The notes beneath the pieces were generated by a model. The model was not told the origin of the DNA. It saw only the letters and a list, made by a program, of their open reading frames with translations, and made no database searches. Position numbers and translations under genes: made by a program. This document shows, in pieces, positions 62,543 through 64,000 of a stretch of 64,000 bases of DNA (the first letter of the stretch is position 1; each line of letters starts with the position of its first letter). Origin of the DNA: an uncultured delta proteobacterium (GTDB lineage Bacteria; Myxococcota; Myxococcia; Myxococcales; Anaeromyxobacteraceae); NCBI GenBank assembly GCA_963814585.1, contig CAWFDF010000013.1, positions 64,001-128,000 on the forward strand, in the 5' to 3' direction.

Positions 62543-64000
62543 GTGTTCCCCTCCCACGTCATCCCCGGCCTGCCGCCCGCCGAGCCCGCCGCGGCGGAGA
62601 GCGCCGAGCGGCTGGCCCGCCTCCGCAAGCGCTGCGGCCCGCTCGCCGAGGAGGCGCTGGCCTGCTGCCGGCTGGCCCCGGATTCCGGACCTGGCGCTGG
62701 CCGGCCTGGAGCGCTACTTCGACGGCGCCGGGGCGCTGCCCCCCGAGCGCGACCTGCTCGAGGCGCTCTCGCTGCTCTGCGGCGCCTCCTCGCTCTCCGC
62801 CGGCCTGCTGGCCCGCTGGCCTCACCTGCTGCGGCGCACCGCCCGCTCGCCCTGGCTGCTGCGCCCGCGCACCGAGGAGAGCCTGCGTGCCCTGCTGGCC
62901 CGCGCCGCGCGGCGGTTCGGCCCGGACGACGTCGACGCCTTCCACTCGCTGCTGCGCCGGCTGCGCGCCCGCGAGGTGCTGCGCATCACGCTGCGCGACC
63001 TGCGGCGGGCCCGGATGATGGAGGTGGCCGGCGAGCTCTCGGCGCTGGCCATGGCCTGCGTCGACGCCGCCATCCGCTTCCACGACGCCCGCCTGCGGCG
63101 CCGGCACGGGGCGCCGGCCGGGCTGGAGCGGCGCGAGGCCGGGGCCGGCTTCTGCGCGCTGGCCATGGGCAAGCTCGGCGCGCGCGAGCTCAACTTCAGC
63201 TCCGACGTCGACCTGATCTTCGTCTACGGCGTCGACGGCCAGACCACCGGCGAGCGCTCCACCACCCACTTCGCCTACTACGCCCGCCTCGCCGAGCTGG
63301 TGACCGAGGCCATCTCGCGCACCACCGAGGACGGCATCGTCTTCCGCGTCGACCTCGACCTGCGGCCGGAGGGGCGCTCCGGCCCCATCGTCAACAGCCT
63401 GCGCGCCGCCGAGCTCTACTACCAGACCTTCGGTCGCAGCTGGGAGCGCAACGCCATGCTCAAGGCCCGCCCCGGCGCCGGCGACGAGCCGGTCGGCGAG
63501 GAGCTGCTGGCCGCCCTCGAGCCCTTCATCTGGCGCTCCAGCCTCGACCTCGAGGTGGTCGGCGAGATCCACGCCATGAAGGCGCGCATCGACGCCCGCG
63601 CCGGCGCCGAGGGGGCCTCGGACCTCAAGCTCGGCAAGGGGGGCATCCGCGAGGCCGAGTTCTTCGTCTCGGCGCTGCAGCTGCTCCACGGCGGCAAGCC
63701 GGGCGCCAGGGCGCTGCGAGAGCGGGGCGTGCTGGCGGCGCTCGACCGCCTGCTCTTCGCCGGCGTGGTCCCGGTGAAGGATCGCGACGCGCTGGCCGAC
63801 GCGTACCTCTACCTGCGGCGCTGCGAGCACCGGGTGCAGATGGTGGAGGGGGCGCAGACCCACCGGCTGCCGCCCCCCCTCGAGCGGCTGCCGCTGGCCC
63901 GGGCCCTGGGCGTCGCCACGGTGGAGGAGTTCGAGGCCACCCTCTCGGCCCACCGCGAGCGGGTGGCGGCGCTCTTCGCCGGCCTGCTCGGCACCGCCGG
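62543..64000 (+). CDS. glnE: Glutamine synthetase adenylyltransferase, 5' part (cut by the window end; +1 frameshift near 62683)
   Basis: MGKLGARELNFSSDVDLIF, FRVDLDLRPEG, WERNAMLKAR, LKLGKGGIREAEF, LRRCEHRVQM read directly from the sequence. Confidence 0.9.
   Translation, partial: MFPSHVIPGLPPAEPAAAESAERLARLRKRCGPLAEEALACCRLAPDSGPGAGRPGALLRRRRGAAPRARPARGALAALRRLLALRRPAGPLASPAAAHRPLALAAAPAHRGEPACPAGPRRAAVRPGRRRRLPLAAAPAARPRGAAHHAARPAAGPDDGGGRRALGAGHGLRRRRHPLPRRPPAAPARGAGRAGAARGRGRLLRAGHGQARRARAQLQLRRRPDLRLRRRRPDHRRALHHPLRLLRPPRRAGDRGHLAHHRGRHRLPRRPRPAAGGALRPHRQQPARRRALLPDLRSQLGAQRHAQGPPRRRRRAGRRGAAGRPRALHLALQPRPRGGRRDPRHEGAHRRPRRRRGGLGPQARQGGHPRGRVLRLGAAAAPRRQAGRQGAARAGRAGGARPPALRRRGPGEGSRRAGRRVPLPAALRAPGADGGGGADPPAAAPPRAAAAGPGPGRRHGGGVRGHPLGPPRAGGGALRRPARHRR

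Overview
Very GC-rich bacterial chromosome segment. Gene content and order look like Myxococcota, Anaeromyxobacter-like (inference from protein sequences and synteny). It is mostly housekeeping: rimP-nusA-ylxR-infB-DUF503-rbfA-truB, rpsO-pnp-dut-purB, xseA-xseB-RR then ispA-dxs-tlyA, hemE-hemN-hemH, lysS-lolC/E-lolD-bamA-skp-lpxD-fabZ-lpxA-lpxI, a GH57/DUF4912 pair and the 5' part of glnE. Accessory parts are a GAF sigma-54 activator facing a hemerythrin-YwiC operon (clear -24/-12 promoter plus an IHF-like site), four exported proteins including two head-to-head DUF4136 lipoproteins, a dTDP-aminosugar/glycosylation block inside the xseB-ispA operon, a pseudo-receiver/J-domain/TPR protein, a kinase-PilZ-J-like protein, and a SodC-like protein lacking metal ligands that faces a divergent EF-G paralog. 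A family of long palindromic MITE-like elements (25-bp perfect TIRs with CTAG ends, shared GAGCAGC-hairpin-GAGCAGC core) and shorter repeats sit on gene stop codons. purB, dut, pnp, dxs and glnE carry indels that are most likely sequencing errors. No tRNA, rRNA, CRISPR array, integrase or transposase was seen. I cannot establish a truly new system from sequence alone. The best candidates are the palindromic element family, the sigma-54/hemerythrin/YwiC module and the pseudo-SOD/EF-G pair.
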